A DNA stretch of 64,000 nucleotides from Clostridium sp. GTDB taxonomy: Bacteria > Bacillota > Clostridia > Lachnospirales > Lachnospiraceae. The notes beneath the pieces were generated by a model that saw only the letters and a program-made list of their open reading frames with translations, searched no databases and had not been told where the DNA came from. Location of the stretch: positions 765-64,764 of the forward strand of contig SFNH01000002.1 in the NCBI GenBank assembly GCA_004554205.1, in the 5' to 3' direction. Both the position numbers and the translations under genes were made by a program. Shown piece after piece: positions 50,461 through 61,739 of the stretch (position 1 is its first letter; every line of letters starts with the position of its first letter).

Positions 50461-51069
50461 CTACTGCGCCAGGCAGTTCTTTACAAAATAAACTGCCCCG
50501 TTGACCGCCCCGGTAACTGCGTTTGACGTGATGGTCGCGCCGCTTAACGCATCAATCTCATTGTCCGCGGACGCGCCGCCCTTCGTCACGGTAAACGAAT
50601 CCACATTCTTGCCTGCGTATTGCGCCTTCCACTCCGGTTCCTCCGCATTCATGCCAAGCCCCGCCGTCTCGGAGATCGAGAGGAATTCGATGCCATTCAC
50701 CGTACCGTCCTCCCTGAACCCTACGGAGACTGTGATCGCACCGCCAAAGCCGTCCTTTGACGTCGCGGTCACCACATAGCCCGCTGCCGCGCCGGACGCG
50801 TCAAGGCCGGAAACCGCCTCATCTACGGTCACATTGCCGTAGCCAAGACCCGCGATCGCCTCATTTGCCGCGGTGAGCTTATCCGCCAGATCGTTCTTAA
50901 ACTCTGCCGCCTCCGGCAGCACCGCACGGTAAGCGTCCGCCTTCGCCGCGATCTCTGCCGCCGCGATCGGCTCCTTTGTCACCTCATACACAGCGCCGAG
51001 AGCTGCGCCGGAGACGATCGTGATCGCAAAGAGAATCAGGGCGTCCTTCATAAATCCACCTTTACTCAT
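50461..51069 (-). CDS. rnfG: Rnf complex subunit G
   Basis: SETAGLG, DALSGATITS FMN-attachment motif. Confidence 0.93.
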   Translation of the reverse strand: MSKGGFMKDALILFAITIVSGAALGAVYEVTKEPIAAAEIAAKADAYRAVLPEAAEFKNDLADKLTAANEAIAGLGYGNVTVDEAVSGLDASGAAAGYVVTATSKDGFGGAITVSVGFREDGTVNGIEFLSISETAGLGMNAEEPEWKAQYAGKNVDSFTVTKGGASADNEIDALSGATITSNAVTGAVNGAVYFVKNCLAQ

Positions 51070-51992
51070 TTTGCCTTGCCCTCCTTTCCAAATGCCCGCG
51101 GAAGGGTTGCCCGCTCAATCAGCGGAACCAGAAGGTTGCTTAAAATGATCGCGTAGGAGACGCCCTCCGCGGAGCCGCCGAAAATGCGGAACAGTCCGGT
51201 CAGCACGCCGAGCAAAACGCCAAACACGATCTGACCCGTCGGGGTGATCGGACTCGTCACATAGTCAGTCGCCATGAAAAATGCGCCGAAGATCAGCCCG
51301 CCGCCGCAGATATGCGCCAGCACATAGCCCGGATTCTGCTTCCCGAAGATAAACACGAATACCGCTACCGTAAGGATATATGTAAGCGGAATCCGGAGGG
51401 AGATCACCTTTCTCGCCACAAGGTACGCGGCGCCGATGAGCAGGGCAACGACCGACACCTCACCGATGGTTCCCGGAATCTTGCCGATGAACATGGCAGC
51501 CAGATCCACGTTCTTTCCCGCCTTCACCATCGCAAGCGGAGTTGCGCCGCTCACGCCGTCCAGCGAAAAGCTTGACATCTGGCTGGTGAAGGAGATCAGC
51601 AGGAAGCACCTCGCAGCTAACGCCGGGTTCATAAAGTTCTGTCCAAGGCCGCCGTAAAGCTGCTTCACCACGATGATTGCAAATACGCCGCCGAGCGCGG
51701 GAATCCACACCGGGATATCCGCCGGCATATTGAGCGCCAGGATCATTCCTGTGACCACCGCGCTGAAATCGGAGATGGTAACGGGTTTATCAAGCAACTT
51801 TTCAAACAGATATTCACTCACCACGCAGGCAAATACGGTGATCGCCAGCACAAGCAGCGCGTGCGCCCCGAACTGAAATACGCCGAACGCCGCCGCCGGA
51901 AGCATGGCGATCGCCACGTCCGTCATAATGCTCTGGGTGGTCTCCCCGCTCCGCACATGCGGGGAGGACGATACGTTTAATAATTTATTCAT
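51066..51992 (-). CDS. rnfD: Rnf complex subunit D
   Basis: SSPH, GGLGQNFMNPA, SGATPL, FFMATDYVTSP. Confidence 0.94.
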   Translation of the reverse strand: MNKLLNVSSSPHVRSGETTQSIMTDVAIAMLPAAAFGVFQFGAHALLVLAITVFACVVSEYLFEKLLDKPVTISDFSAVVTGMILALNMPADIPVWIPALGGVFAIIVVKQLYGGLGQNFMNPALAARCFLLISFTSQMSSFSLDGVSGATPLAMVKAGKNVDLAAMFIGKIPGTIGEVSVVALLIGAAYLVARKVISLRIPLTYILTVAVFVFIFGKQNPGYVLAHICGGGLIFGAFFMATDYVTSPITPTGQIVFGVLLGVLTGLFRIFGGSAEGVSYAIILSNLLVPLIERATLPRAFGKEGKAK

Positions 51993-53332
51993 GCCTTACT
52001 TCCCCCCTGTGCTTTTTTTCTGCGGTTTGCCGCCACAGTCTTTCTCATTTCCTTAAACGCCTGGGTGAGCGGGCGCTTCGCCGGGCAGATATAGGCGCAG
52101 CTTCCGCACTCCACGCACTCCATGCCGTTTAACTTCTCAAAGGTATCGCAGTCGCCCTTTAAGGCCGCTCTCATCATCTTAGGCGGAACAAGCCTGCTCG
52201 GGCACACGCCGACGCACTTTCCGCAGCGGATACAAGGGGTCGGCTCATTTGCCGCCACCTGATCTCTCGTCATGGCAAGCAGCGCGGAATTGGTCTTTGT
52301 CACCGGGATATCGGTGGTAAACAGCGCCATCCCCATCATCGGGCCGCCCGCGATGAGCTTCTCCGGCGCGGTCTTAAAGCCGCCCGCAGCCTCGATGAGC
52401 TCCTGCATATTCGTGCCGAGCCTGACGCTGAAATTCTGCGGGCTTGCGATGGCATCACCGGTCACGGTCACGATCCTCTGCATGAGCGGGGTAGATTTAC
52501 ACACCGCCATGTAGACCGCGCGGACTGTGTCTACATTGTCAACAATACAGCCAACGTCCGCCGGAAGCATGGAGGAATTCACCCTGCGCCCGGTCACCGC
52601 ATAGATCAGCGAGCGCTCGCCGCCCTGCGGGTACTTTGTCTTAAGCGGGCACACCTCAATCCGCGGCTCGCCCTTTACAAGCTCTGTCATCTTCCTGATC
52701 GCCTCGGGCTTATTGTCCTCGATCGCGATCACACCCTTTGCGTTCTCAAAGAGCTGCAGGATCACCTTCAGCCCGTCGATCACCTTTTCCGGCTCCTCTA
52801 ACATGATCCGGTAGTCGCTTGTCAGATACGGCTCGCACTCCGCGCCGTTGACGAGTATATATTCAATGGCATTATCATCTTTTGGCGTCAGCTTTACATG
52901 GGTCGGAAAGCCCGCGCCGCCGAGACCCACAATACCCGCCTCTTTTATAATACTGCGGATCTCCTGCTTTGTGAGCGCCGCCGGATCACGGTCAGCGCCC
53001 AGGCCCTCCGCCTCCGTGTACGCGCCGTCATTCTCCACGACGACGGACTCGACCATCGCGCCGCTCGCGACACGTCTCGGCTCAATCGCCTTTACCGTGC
53101 CGGACACGGAGCAGATGACATTCGCTGAGATAAAGCCGCCCGCTTCGCCGATCTTCTGCCCCGCCAGAACCTTATCCCCCTTCGCCACCAGCGCGGAGGC
53201 GGGAGCGCCGATGTGCTGGGACAGGGGATACACGAGTTCTCCCTTCGGCATCAGGCTCTGTACGGGCTTGTTCTCGGACAGCTCTTTCCCCTCATACGGG
53301 TGGACGCCGCCTTTAAATGTAGACAATCCCAT
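51989..53332 (-). CDS. rnfC: Rnf complex subunit C
   Basis: QHIGAP, GLGGAGFPT, NGAECEPYLT, CIRCGKC, CVECGSC. Confidence 0.95.
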   Translation of the reverse strand: MGLSTFKGGVHPYEGKELSENKPVQSLMPKGELVYPLSQHIGAPASALVAKGDKVLAGQKIGEAGGFISANVICSVSGTVKAIEPRRVASGAMVESVVVENDGAYTEAEGLGADRDPAALTKQEIRSIIKEAGIVGLGGAGFPTHVKLTPKDDNAIEYILVNGAECEPYLTSDYRIMLEEPEKVIDGLKVILQLFENAKGVIAIEDNKPEAIRKMTELVKGEPRIEVCPLKTKYPQGGERSLIYAVTGRRVNSSMLPADVGCIVDNVDTVRAVYMAVCKSTPLMQRIVTVTGDAIASPQNFSVRLGTNMQELIEAAGGFKTAPEKLIAGGPMMGMALFTTDIPVTKTNSALLAMTRDQVAANEPTPCIRCGKCVGVCPSRLVPPKMMRAALKGDCDTFEKLNGMECVECGSCAYICPAKRPLTQAFKEMRKTVAANRRKKAQGGSKA

Positions 53333-53402
53333 CAACCTTTCCCTTCTTTCTATCCATTTTCTGTTTCTTCCCGGCAAAATGTGTCATTCTGCCATCTATA
53401 AT

Positions 53403-53431
53403 AGTATAGCATAATTGCGGGGGTGAGACAA
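53403..53431 (-). promoter_or_regulatory. Promoter of the rnf operon
   Basis: TTGTCT, 17 bp, extended TGcTATACT. Confidence 0.6.
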
Positions 53432-53538
53432 TTCCATTTTGCAAATTGCGGCATGGATACTTTTACAAAATAACTTTTTATTTTTTTTGCGATAAAACAC
53501 GCATAAGCCGCATTAACTTATTGAACGGATGAAAACAC

Positions 53539-53663
53539 TGAAAGGAGTCGCGTCCCGAGACGGAGGGCAGGGCAGCAACATATCAAGACATTTACGAATT
53601 TCCTTGATGCATTACACTCTATCACACCCGCTCTCTCTTCCGGCGAGGGACAGGCGCTTTTCA
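53539..53663. ncRNA. Candidate rod-shaped structured RNA (6S-like architecture, identity unconfirmed)
   Basis: Manual pairing: TGAAAGG/CTTTTCA, CGC/GCG, GTCCC/GGGAC, CGGAGGG/TCTTCCG, AGGGC/GCTCT, internal bubble, ATCAAG/CTTGAT. Confidence 0.35.
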
Positions 53664-53701
53664 AAAAACCGCTGCGTGGCAGTATTCACGCAGCGGTTTT
53701 T
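53663..53701. terminator. Bidirectional terminator after dnaJ
   Basis: aaaaaaccgctgcgtg-gcagtatt-cacgcagcggttttt. Confidence 0.85.
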
Positions 53702-53707
53702 CTGTGT

Positions 53708-54856
53708 CTATTTGAATATTCCTTTTCTCTTATGCTTCTCGCCCTCCGGCTCCTCGCCCTTCATCACCGCGTCAAAATTCCTAAGCGCCTCCTTCTGCGC
53801 CTCGGTCATGTGCTCGGGCACCTGGACAACCAGGGTCACATAGTGGTCGCCGCGGATGTTGCGGTTTCGCAGGGACGGTACGCCCTTGCCCTTTAAGCGT
53901 ACTCTGGTGTCGGTCTGTGTTCCGGCCTTCACCTCGTACTCCACCTCGCCGTCCACGGTCTTTATGCGGATCGGGCCGCCGAGCGCCGCCGTGGCAAAAG
54001 AGATCGGAACGGTGGAGTAAATGTTCGTATCCTGGCGCTTAAACAGCGGGTGCTGGGATACTACTGCCTCTACCAGCAGGTCTCCGCGCTCGCCGCCATT
54101 TACGCCCGGCTCGCCGCCGCCCGCACAGCGAACGCTCTGTCCGTTGTCGATGCCAGCGGGAATCGTGACCTTGAATTTCTTTTTCTTTGTCACATAGCCC
54201 GTGCCGTAGCAGTCGGGACACTTCTCCCGGATGACCGTGCCTTTGCCTCCGCAGTCCGGACAGGTCTGCACATTCTGCACCTGGCCGAAGAAGGACTGCT
54301 GGGTGTAAATGATCTTGCCCTTTCCGCCGCACTTCTTACAGGTCTCCGCGGATGTGCCGGGCTTTGCGCCGGTTCCGTGGCACTTTGCGCACGTTTCCTT
54401 AAAGTTGATCTCGATCTCCTTCTCGCAGCCAAATACTGCCTCCTCAAAGGTAATACGGATTGCCGTCCTCACGTTGGCTCCGCGCATCGGGCCGTTGTAC
54501 TGGCTGCTCCGGCTTCTGCTTCCGCCGCCGAAGATATCCCCGAAGATGTCTCCGAAGATATCTCCCATATCTGCGCTGTTAAAGTCAAAGCCGCCGAATC
54601 CGCCGGCGCCGCCGCCTGCTCCGCCCTCGAACGCGGCATGACCGAACTGGTCGTACTGCCTGCGCTTCTCCGGGTCGCTGAGTACGCTGTACGCCTCGGA
54701 CGCCTCCTTGAATTTGCGCTCCGCCTCAGCATCACCCGGATTGCTGTCCGGGTGATACTTCTTGGCGAGAACACGGTATGCCTTTTTCAGGGCAGCGTCG
54801 TCCGCGTTTTTCGGGACGCCTAAGACCTCATAATAATCTCTCTTGCTTTCTGCCAT
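53708..54856 (-). CDS. dnaJ: Chaperone DnaJ
   Basis: J domain HPD, G/F region, four CxxCxGxG repeats. Confidence 0.98.
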   Translation of the reverse strand: MAESKRDYYEVLGVPKNADDAALKKAYRVLAKKYHPDSNPGDAEAERKFKEASEAYSVLSDPEKRRQYDQFGHAAFEGGAGGGAGGFGGFDFNSADMGDIFGDIFGDIFGGGSRSRSSQYNGPMRGANVRTAIRITFEEAVFGCEKEIEINFKETCAKCHGTGAKPGTSAETCKKCGGKGKIIYTQQSFFGQVQNVQTCPDCGGKGTVIREKCPDCYGTGYVTKKKKFKVTIPAGIDNGQSVRCAGGGEPGVNGGERGDLLVEAVVSQHPLFKRQDTNIYSTVPISFATAALGGPIRIKTVDGEVEYEVKAGTQTDTRVRLKGKGVPSLRNRNIRGDHYVTLVVQVPEHMTEAQKEALRNFDAVMKGEEPEGEKHKRKGIFK

Positions 54857-54883
54857 GATGCTTCCTGCTCTCTCAAGTATTCT

Positions 54884-56800
<1,917 letters not shown>

Positions 56801-56872
56801 TTACTTCCTGGTTTGTTCCACTCAACTAAACTCGCCTCTCGCCTGCGGTTCGGTCTCGTTAAGTGCTCAATG

Positions 56873-57505
56873 TCAATTTGCCACCTGCACCATGCTGTGT
56901 CTCACCACAGTGCCGCGGTACTTGTAGCCCTTCTGCAGTTCCTGGGAAATCTCGTTCTCACCGAATTTCTCATCCTCCACATGCATCACCGCATTGTGGA
57001 GATCCGGGTCGAACTGCTGACCCACGGCGTCGATCGCTTCCACACCGGCATCCTCCAGTGTTTTCACGAACTGCTTGTAAATCTTTTCCACGCCTTCGGC
57101 AAAGGGCGAACCCTTCACGTCCTCGGGCATGGACGCGAGCCCGCGCTCGAAATTGTCCAGCACCGGGAGAATCTTCTCAATGATGTCCCTGGCTCCGATC
57201 TCATACATGGAGGCCTTCTCCTTCTCCGTCCGCTTGCGGTAGTTGTCAAACTCCGCCATCTGGCGTTTCAGGCGATCCTCCAGTTCCTCGATCCGGGCGT
57301 CCCTCGGATCCTTCTTCGGCTTTTCGGATTCCGCGCGTTTCTCTTCCCCGCCGTCCGCTTCCTGTGCAGCCTCGGGGTTCTCCTCCGTGCCAACGCTCCC
57401 GGCGGCGGTCTCTTCCCTGCCTGCGTCCGCTGCGTCTTTATTTCCGTCTTCGCGAACCGGCTCCTCCGCCTCCGTCTGAGGGTTCTTTGTCTCTTCCTTA
57501 TTCAT
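56873..57505 (-). CDS. grpE: Nucleotide exchange factor GrpE
   Basis: AEFDNYRKR, LPVLDNFER, FDPDLHNAV, QKGY. Confidence 0.96.
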   Translation of the reverse strand: MNKEETKNPQTEAEEPVREDGNKDAADAGREETAAGSVGTEENPEAAQEADGGEEKRAESEKPKKDPRDARIEELEDRLKRQMAEFDNYRKRTEKEKASMYEIGARDIIEKILPVLDNFERGLASMPEDVKGSPFAEGVEKIYKQFVKTLEDAGVEAIDAVGQQFDPDLHNAVMHVEDEKFGENEISQELQKGYKYRGTVVRHSMVQVAN

Positions 57506-57511
57506 GGCTCA

Positions 57512-58549
57512 TCACCTTTCCTCACTTTTAAATGTAGCATCGAGCTGCTTCATCAGGCGCTTTAAAGTACCGAACACCTTCTCGTAGTCCATCCGCTTCG
57601 GCCCGATAATGCCGATGGTTCCGCGGATTCCCTCTCCCAGCTCGTAATTGGCTGTCACCACGCTGCAGTCCTTCATCGTCTGAAGCGGCGTCTCATCGCC
57701 GATGTAGACCTGAATCCCCGCGTTGTCCTCCGAGGCGTTCACATCGGAGATCAGCTCCTGGAGCTTATCCTTCTGCTCAAACGTGCTGATGAGCTGACTC
57801 GCCTTCTCTCCGTCGCTTAGCTCCGGATACTTGAAAATGTTTGTCGCGCCGCTGGTGTAAATCTGCAAGTCCTCGTCATCCGCCCGGACAGCCGCGGCGA
57901 CCTCGCTTAGGATCAGGTCAATGACCTGCCTGTGGGCGCCTGCCTGCTCCCTGAGACGGCTGATGATGTCCAGATTGATCTCCTCGATGGTGAGTCCATT
58001 GAGGGCGCTGTTGAGCAGGATGTTTAGATTCAGCAGGTCTTCCTGAGCGATATCTTCCGGCACATCGACCATGGTATTCTTGATCAGATTGCCCTCGACA
58101 ACGATGACAACGAGAAGCTTGCGGGCATCCATCCGGGAGAGCTGGATAAATTTCAGCTTGTTGCGATGATACTGGGGGCCGCTGATCATGGCGGCATAGT
58201 TGGTATCTGCCGCAAGGAGCTGTGCCAGCTTCTTTAAAACCAGCTCCACGCGATCCACACGCTTGATCATCAGTTCCCTGACCTCGGTGATCTCCTGCTC
58301 CTTCTCCTGCATGATCTGATCCACATAGAACCGATAGCCCTTATCGGAGGGAATCCGTCCTGCCGAGGTGTGGGGCTGCTGAATGTAGCCCATCTCCTCC
58401 AGATCAGACATCTCATTGCGGATTGTCGCAGAGCTGAGTTTCAAGTCTGTATACTTGGAGATCGTTCTGGAACCAACCGGCTCACCGGTTTCCAGATAGG
58501 TCTTGATGATCGCTTTTAATATGGTAACTTTCCGCTCATCCAGTTCCAT
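57512..58549 (-). CDS. hrcA: Heat-inducible transcription repressor HrcA
   Basis: EPVGSRT, SSATIRNEM, PHTSAGRIPS, GIIGPKRMDY. Confidence 0.97.
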   Translation of the reverse strand: MELDERKVTILKAIIKTYLETGEPVGSRTISKYTDLKLSSATIRNEMSDLEEMGYIQQPHTSAGRIPSDKGYRFYVDQIMQEKEQEITEVRELMIKRVDRVELVLKKLAQLLAADTNYAAMISGPQYHRNKLKFIQLSRMDARKLLVVIVVEGNLIKNTMVDVPEDIAQEDLLNLNILLNSALNGLTIEEINLDIISRLREQAGAHRQVIDLILSEVAAAVRADDEDLQIYTSGATNIFKYPELSDGEKASQLISTFEQKDKLQELISDVNASEDNAGIQVYIGDETPLQTMKDCSVVTANYELGEGIRGTIGIIGPKRMDYEKVFGTLKRLMKQLDATFKSEER

Positions 58550-58576
58550 CCCGCAGCCTCCGTTTCTTTTAGTTTA

Positions 58577-58603
58577 TTAGCACTCGCCTTTAAGGAGTGC
58601 TAA
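58577..58603. promoter_or_regulatory. CIRCE element (HrcA operator)
   Basis: TTAGCACTC-N9-GAGTGCTAA perfect consensus. Confidence 0.97.
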
Positions 58604-58615
58604 TACTATGTGAAT

Positions 58616-58644
58616 AATATACTGTATCGCTCTGTATTTGTCAA
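58616..58644 (-). promoter_or_regulatory. Sigma-A promoter of the hrcA operon
   Basis: TTGACA, 17 bp, TATATT. Confidence 0.85.
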
Positions 58645-58672
58645 GAGATTTTTCAAAAATTCTTTCAAAAAC

Positions 58673-58732
58673 GTAATAGTTCAGCCTTCCGGTGTCTCCC
58701 GCGGATTTTACGCCGCAGAGCTGAACTGTCAC
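58673..58732. repeat. Short filled element (module D)
   Basis: GTAATAGTTCAGC ... gcggattttacgccgcag ... GCTGAACTGTCAC. Confidence 0.82.
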
Positions 58733-58761
58733 CAAAAACGGAAGGCGAAGTTTGTCTGCTC

Positions 58762-58789
58762 TTGACATTTAACAGAATTGTAATATAAT
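58762..58789 (+). promoter_or_regulatory. Sigma-A promoter of the first 3D-domain gene
   Basis: TTGACA, 16 bp, TATAAT. Confidence 0.75.
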
Positions 58790-58792
58790 AGA

Positions 58793-58811
58793 AACAGTTT
58801 AGTCATGCGGC
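58793..58811. repeat. Element half-end at the predicted transcription start
   Basis: AACAGTTTAGTCATGCGGC versus 10963 GACAGTTTAGCCATGCGGC. Confidence 0.75.
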
Positions 58812-58851
58812 AGATTGAGATATGATATGTATTTATGAGGTGAAAGAACAG

Positions 58852-59376
58852 ATGAAAAAGCACGATTTAAAGACTATTTTTAGGATTTGCATAGCGCTCA
58901 TGGGCGCGCTGTCCATCACCACGACTGCCTGGGCGTCGTCAGGCGGCCCCGGCGTAAATGAGGACGGCACTCCAAAGGTTGTGGAATCCACTGTCTGCGG
59001 ACTTCCCACCCAGGAAGAGATCGACGCGCTCACGGGGCCGGGCGTCACAAGAGAAGAACCCGCCGATGAAGCCCCCGACCACAAGGGTATCTCCCTCGGG
59101 ATGTACACCACCACCGGCTACTGCAACTGCGAACAGTGCTCCGGCGGACACGGCCTGACCTACTCCGGCACGGTGCCGAAGGCGAATCACACCATTTCCG
59201 CCGACTTAAACGTCCATCCGATCGGCACAAAGCTGATGATCGACGATATCATTTACACCGTTGAGGATATGGGCTCCAGCGTAAAGGGCAACTGGATCGA
59301 CATCTACTATGACAATCACGATGAGGCCGTGGCGCACGGTACGAAAACGCAGGAGGTCTTCACCGTGACAGAATAA
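58852..59376 (+). CDS. Secreted 3D-domain protein (peptidoglycan lytic transglycosylase-like)
   Basis: Signal peptide; TTGYC, TISADLNVHPIGT, VEDMG, WIDIY. Confidence 0.85.
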   Translation: MKKHDLKTIFRICIALMGALSITTTAWASSGGPGVNEDGTPKVVESTVCGLPTQEEIDALTGPGVTREEPADEAPDHKGISLGMYTTTGYCNCEQCSGGHGLTYSGTVPKANHTISADLNVHPIGTKLMIDDIIYTVEDMGSSVKGNWIDIYYDNHDEAVAHGTKTQEVFTVTE

Positions 59377-59395
59377 AATTAACCACTGCATAGCG

Positions 59396-59433
59396 AAAGG
59401 GCAGGTGCGGACGTCGTACCTGCTCTTTTTTTC
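59396..59433 (+). terminator. Intrinsic terminator
   Basis: gggcaggtgcg-gacgt-cgtacctgctc-ttttttt. Confidence 0.8.
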
Positions 59434-59442
59434 TGCCCGCAC

Positions 59443-59470
59443 TTGACAAATTCAGGAAAATGTGTAAAAT
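59443..59470 (+). promoter_or_regulatory. Sigma-A promoter of the second 3D-domain gene
   Basis: TTGACA, 16 bp, TAAAAT. Confidence 0.65.
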
Positions 59471-59478
59471 AATGATTT

Positions 59479-59506
59479 GTAACACATATATTACAAAAAT
59501 ATTACA
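59479..59506 (-). promoter_or_regulatory. Triple WalR-type direct repeat
   Basis: Minus strand TGTAAT-N5-TGTAAT-N5-TGTTAC fits TGTWAH-N5-TGTWAH. Confidence 0.6.
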
Positions 59507-59580
59507 TATATTTAGAATGTTTAAATCATTTATGTAATTTTGATTTCGCAATGATTTCAAAGTGAGAAAGGACTGATTTT

Positions 59581-60318
59581 ATGCAAAAAAAGAAATCTGT
59601 TTTTGTGACGATACTGCTGACGGCAGTCTTTCTTCTGGGAGGCGCCATGGCCGCACACGCCGATTTTTACGATGGGTATTTCGATGACTTTGAGGACAAT
59701 GCCATCGTCGGCTGGGGCTGGGATTACTCCTCTCCCAATACCGCCGTTCCGGTTCATGTGACCGTAACCAACAAGGATACAGGGAAGGTCGTCGGTGACT
59801 TCAACCTGACTGCCGCCTCTTTTCGCGCTGACTTAAAGGAAAACGGCATCGGCAACGGCAGACACGGCTTTTCCATCGCCATGGATTGGAGCTCTCTTCC
59901 GGACGGCGCCTACACCATCGAGGGCTGGGTGGAGGAGCGCCCGTTCGGAAACACGCAAACCTACGTCAAGGGAGAAGCCGACCGGGAAAATGACACTCCC
60001 GCCGAAGAATCCGCTCCCGCCGGAGCTATCCGCTCGCTCGGCATATTCCGCACCACCGGCTACTGCCCGTGTCGCCTCTGCTCGGAGGGTTGGGGACGCC
60101 GCACTAGCACCGGAACGATCGCGCGCGCCAATCACACGATCGCGGTAGATCCGAGGGTTATTCCCTACGGCTCAAGGGTCATGATAAACGGCGTGGTATA
60201 CACCGCCGAGGACCGGGGCGGCGCTGTGAAAGGGAACCATATCGACATCTTCTTCGATACTCACCCCCAGACCACGCAGCACGGTTCCCGCTACCAGGAA
60301 GTATTTCTGGTTGAGTAA
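59581..60318 (+). CDS. Secreted 3D-domain protein with N-terminal beta domain
   Basis: Signal peptide; GWGWD...RADL...GRHGF domain; TIAVDPRVIPYGS, AEDRGG, HIDIF. Confidence 0.87.
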   Translation: MQKKKSVFVTILLTAVFLLGGAMAAHADFYDGYFDDFEDNAIVGWGWDYSSPNTAVPVHVTVTNKDTGKVVGDFNLTAASFRADLKENGIGNGRHGFSIAMDWSSLPDGAYTIEGWVEERPFGNTQTYVKGEADRENDTPAEESAPAGAIRSLGIFRTTGYCPCRLCSEGWGRRTSTGTIARANHTIAVDPRVIPYGSRVMINGVVYTAEDRGGAVKGNHIDIFFDTHPQTTQHGSRYQEVFLVE

Positions 60319-60323
60319 ATCGC

Positions 60324-60365
60324 AAAAGAACTGCTGCAAAGGAATTCCTTTGCGGCAGCTCTTTT
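60324..60365. terminator. Bidirectional terminator
   Basis: aaaagaactgctgcaaagg-aatt-cctttgcggcagctctttt. Confidence 0.8.
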
Positions 60366-61734
60366 ACTTTAGCTGCTCCTTGTATATGGCGATCACCTTC
60401 CGCATGGCCTCCGGCCCCGGCGCGCCGACCGTCGTGCGCTTTTCAACACAGGTCTTCATGCTGATCGCCTCATAAATATCGTCCTCAAACACTGGGCTGA
60501 CAGCCTGAAAGTCCTCAAGTGTCAGATCATCCAGCGCAATCCCGCGCTCAATGCAGATCAGCACCAGACGCCCAACGATCCCGTGCGCATCGCGGAAAGG
60601 CACGCCGTGGTTCACCAGATAATCCGCCGCGTCCGTCGCGTTCGTAAACCCGTTCTTCGCGCTCTTCTCCATCACTTCCTTATTAAATGTCATGGTCGAG
60701 AGCATACCGGTAAACAGGGAAAGGCAGCCCTTTACCGTGTCAATGGCGTCGAACGTCAGTTCTTTGTCCTCCTGCATATCCTTGTCGTACGCGAGCGGGA
60801 GTCCCTTCATGGTCGTGAGAATCGCCATCAGCGCCCCGTACACGCGCCCGGTCTTGCCGCGCACCAGCTCCGCAATATCGGGGTTCTTCTTCTGCGGCAT
60901 GATGCTGCTTCCCGTGCTGTATGCATCATCCAGCTCCACGAAGCGGTATTCATTGCTGTTCCAGATGATGATCTCCTCCGAAAAACGGCTTAAATGCATG
61001 GAGATCGTTGACAACGCCGCCAGAAATTCAATCACATAATCCCTGTCCGACACAGAGTCCATGCTGTTTAAGGTCGGCCCGTAAAAGCCGAGAAGCTCCG
61101 CCGTGTACGCGCGGTCGAGCGGATACGTTGTCCCCGCTAACGCCCCGCTTCCAAGCGGGCAGTAATTCATGCGCTCACGGATATCGCGGAGGCGTCCCCT
61201 GTCCCTTGAGAACATCTCAAAGTATGCCCCGAGATGGTGCGCCAGCGTCACCGGCTGCGCTTTCTGAAGATGGGTGAATCCCGGCATACAGGTGCCGAGA
61301 TTTTCCTCCATGAGCGTCAAAAGTTCCTCCAAAAGCCCTTTTAAAAGGCCGTCAATTTCATCCAGCTCGTCCCGGCAGTACAGCTTCATGTCAAGCGCCA
61401 CCTGATCGTTGCGGCTGCGTCCGGTGTGCAGGCGTTTGCCCGCCTCACCGATCCGGGCGATCAGATTCGACTCCACAAAGGAATGAATATCCTCATACTC
61501 CTCCGTAAACTCAAGCTTCCCGGAGTCAATGTCTGTGAGAATTCCGTTCAAGCCGCCAATGATCGCCGCGCGGTCCTCCTCCGAGACGATCCCCTGCTTC
61601 GCAAGCATCGTCACATGGGCGATGCTTCCCCGGATATCCTGACGGTAAAATCTCCGGTCAAAGGACAGCGACTCATTAAATTCCTGCACCAGCTTGTTTT
61701 CTTCCTTCGTGAAACGTCCTCCCCATAGCTTCAT
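60364..61734 (-). CDS. argH: Argininosuccinate lyase
   Basis: MKLWGGRF, HTGRSRNDQVA, PGFTHLQKAQP, STGSSIMPQKKNPD. Confidence 0.97.
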   Translation of the reverse strand: MKLWGGRFTKEENKLVQEFNESLSFDRRFYRQDIRGSIAHVTMLAKQGIVSEEDRAAIIGGLNGILTDIDSGKLEFTEEYEDIHSFVESNLIARIGEAGKRLHTGRSRNDQVALDMKLYCRDELDEIDGLLKGLLEELLTLMEENLGTCMPGFTHLQKAQPVTLAHHLGAYFEMFSRDRGRLRDIRERMNYCPLGSGALAGTTYPLDRAYTAELLGFYGPTLNSMDSVSDRDYVIEFLAALSTISMHLSRFSEEIIIWNSNEYRFVELDDAYSTGSSIMPQKKNPDIAELVRGKTGRVYGALMAILTTMKGLPLAYDKDMQEDKELTFDAIDTVKGCLSLFTGMLSTMTFNKEVMEKSAKNGFTNATDAADYLVNHGVPFRDAHGIVGRLVLICIERGIALDDLTLEDFQAVSPVFEDDIYEAISMKTCVEKRTTVGAPGPEAMRKVIAIYKEQLK

Positions 61735-61739
61735 GGTTC

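Noticed and set aside
53529..53843. 104-aa ORF between rnfC and dnaJ
   Set aside because: Runs through a terminator and antisense into dnaJ, with no RBS or recognisable motif.
58740..59580. c-di-AMP or c-di-GMP riboswitch before the 3D-domain genes
   Set aside because: Leaders are short and AT-rich, with no recognisable aptamer motifs.
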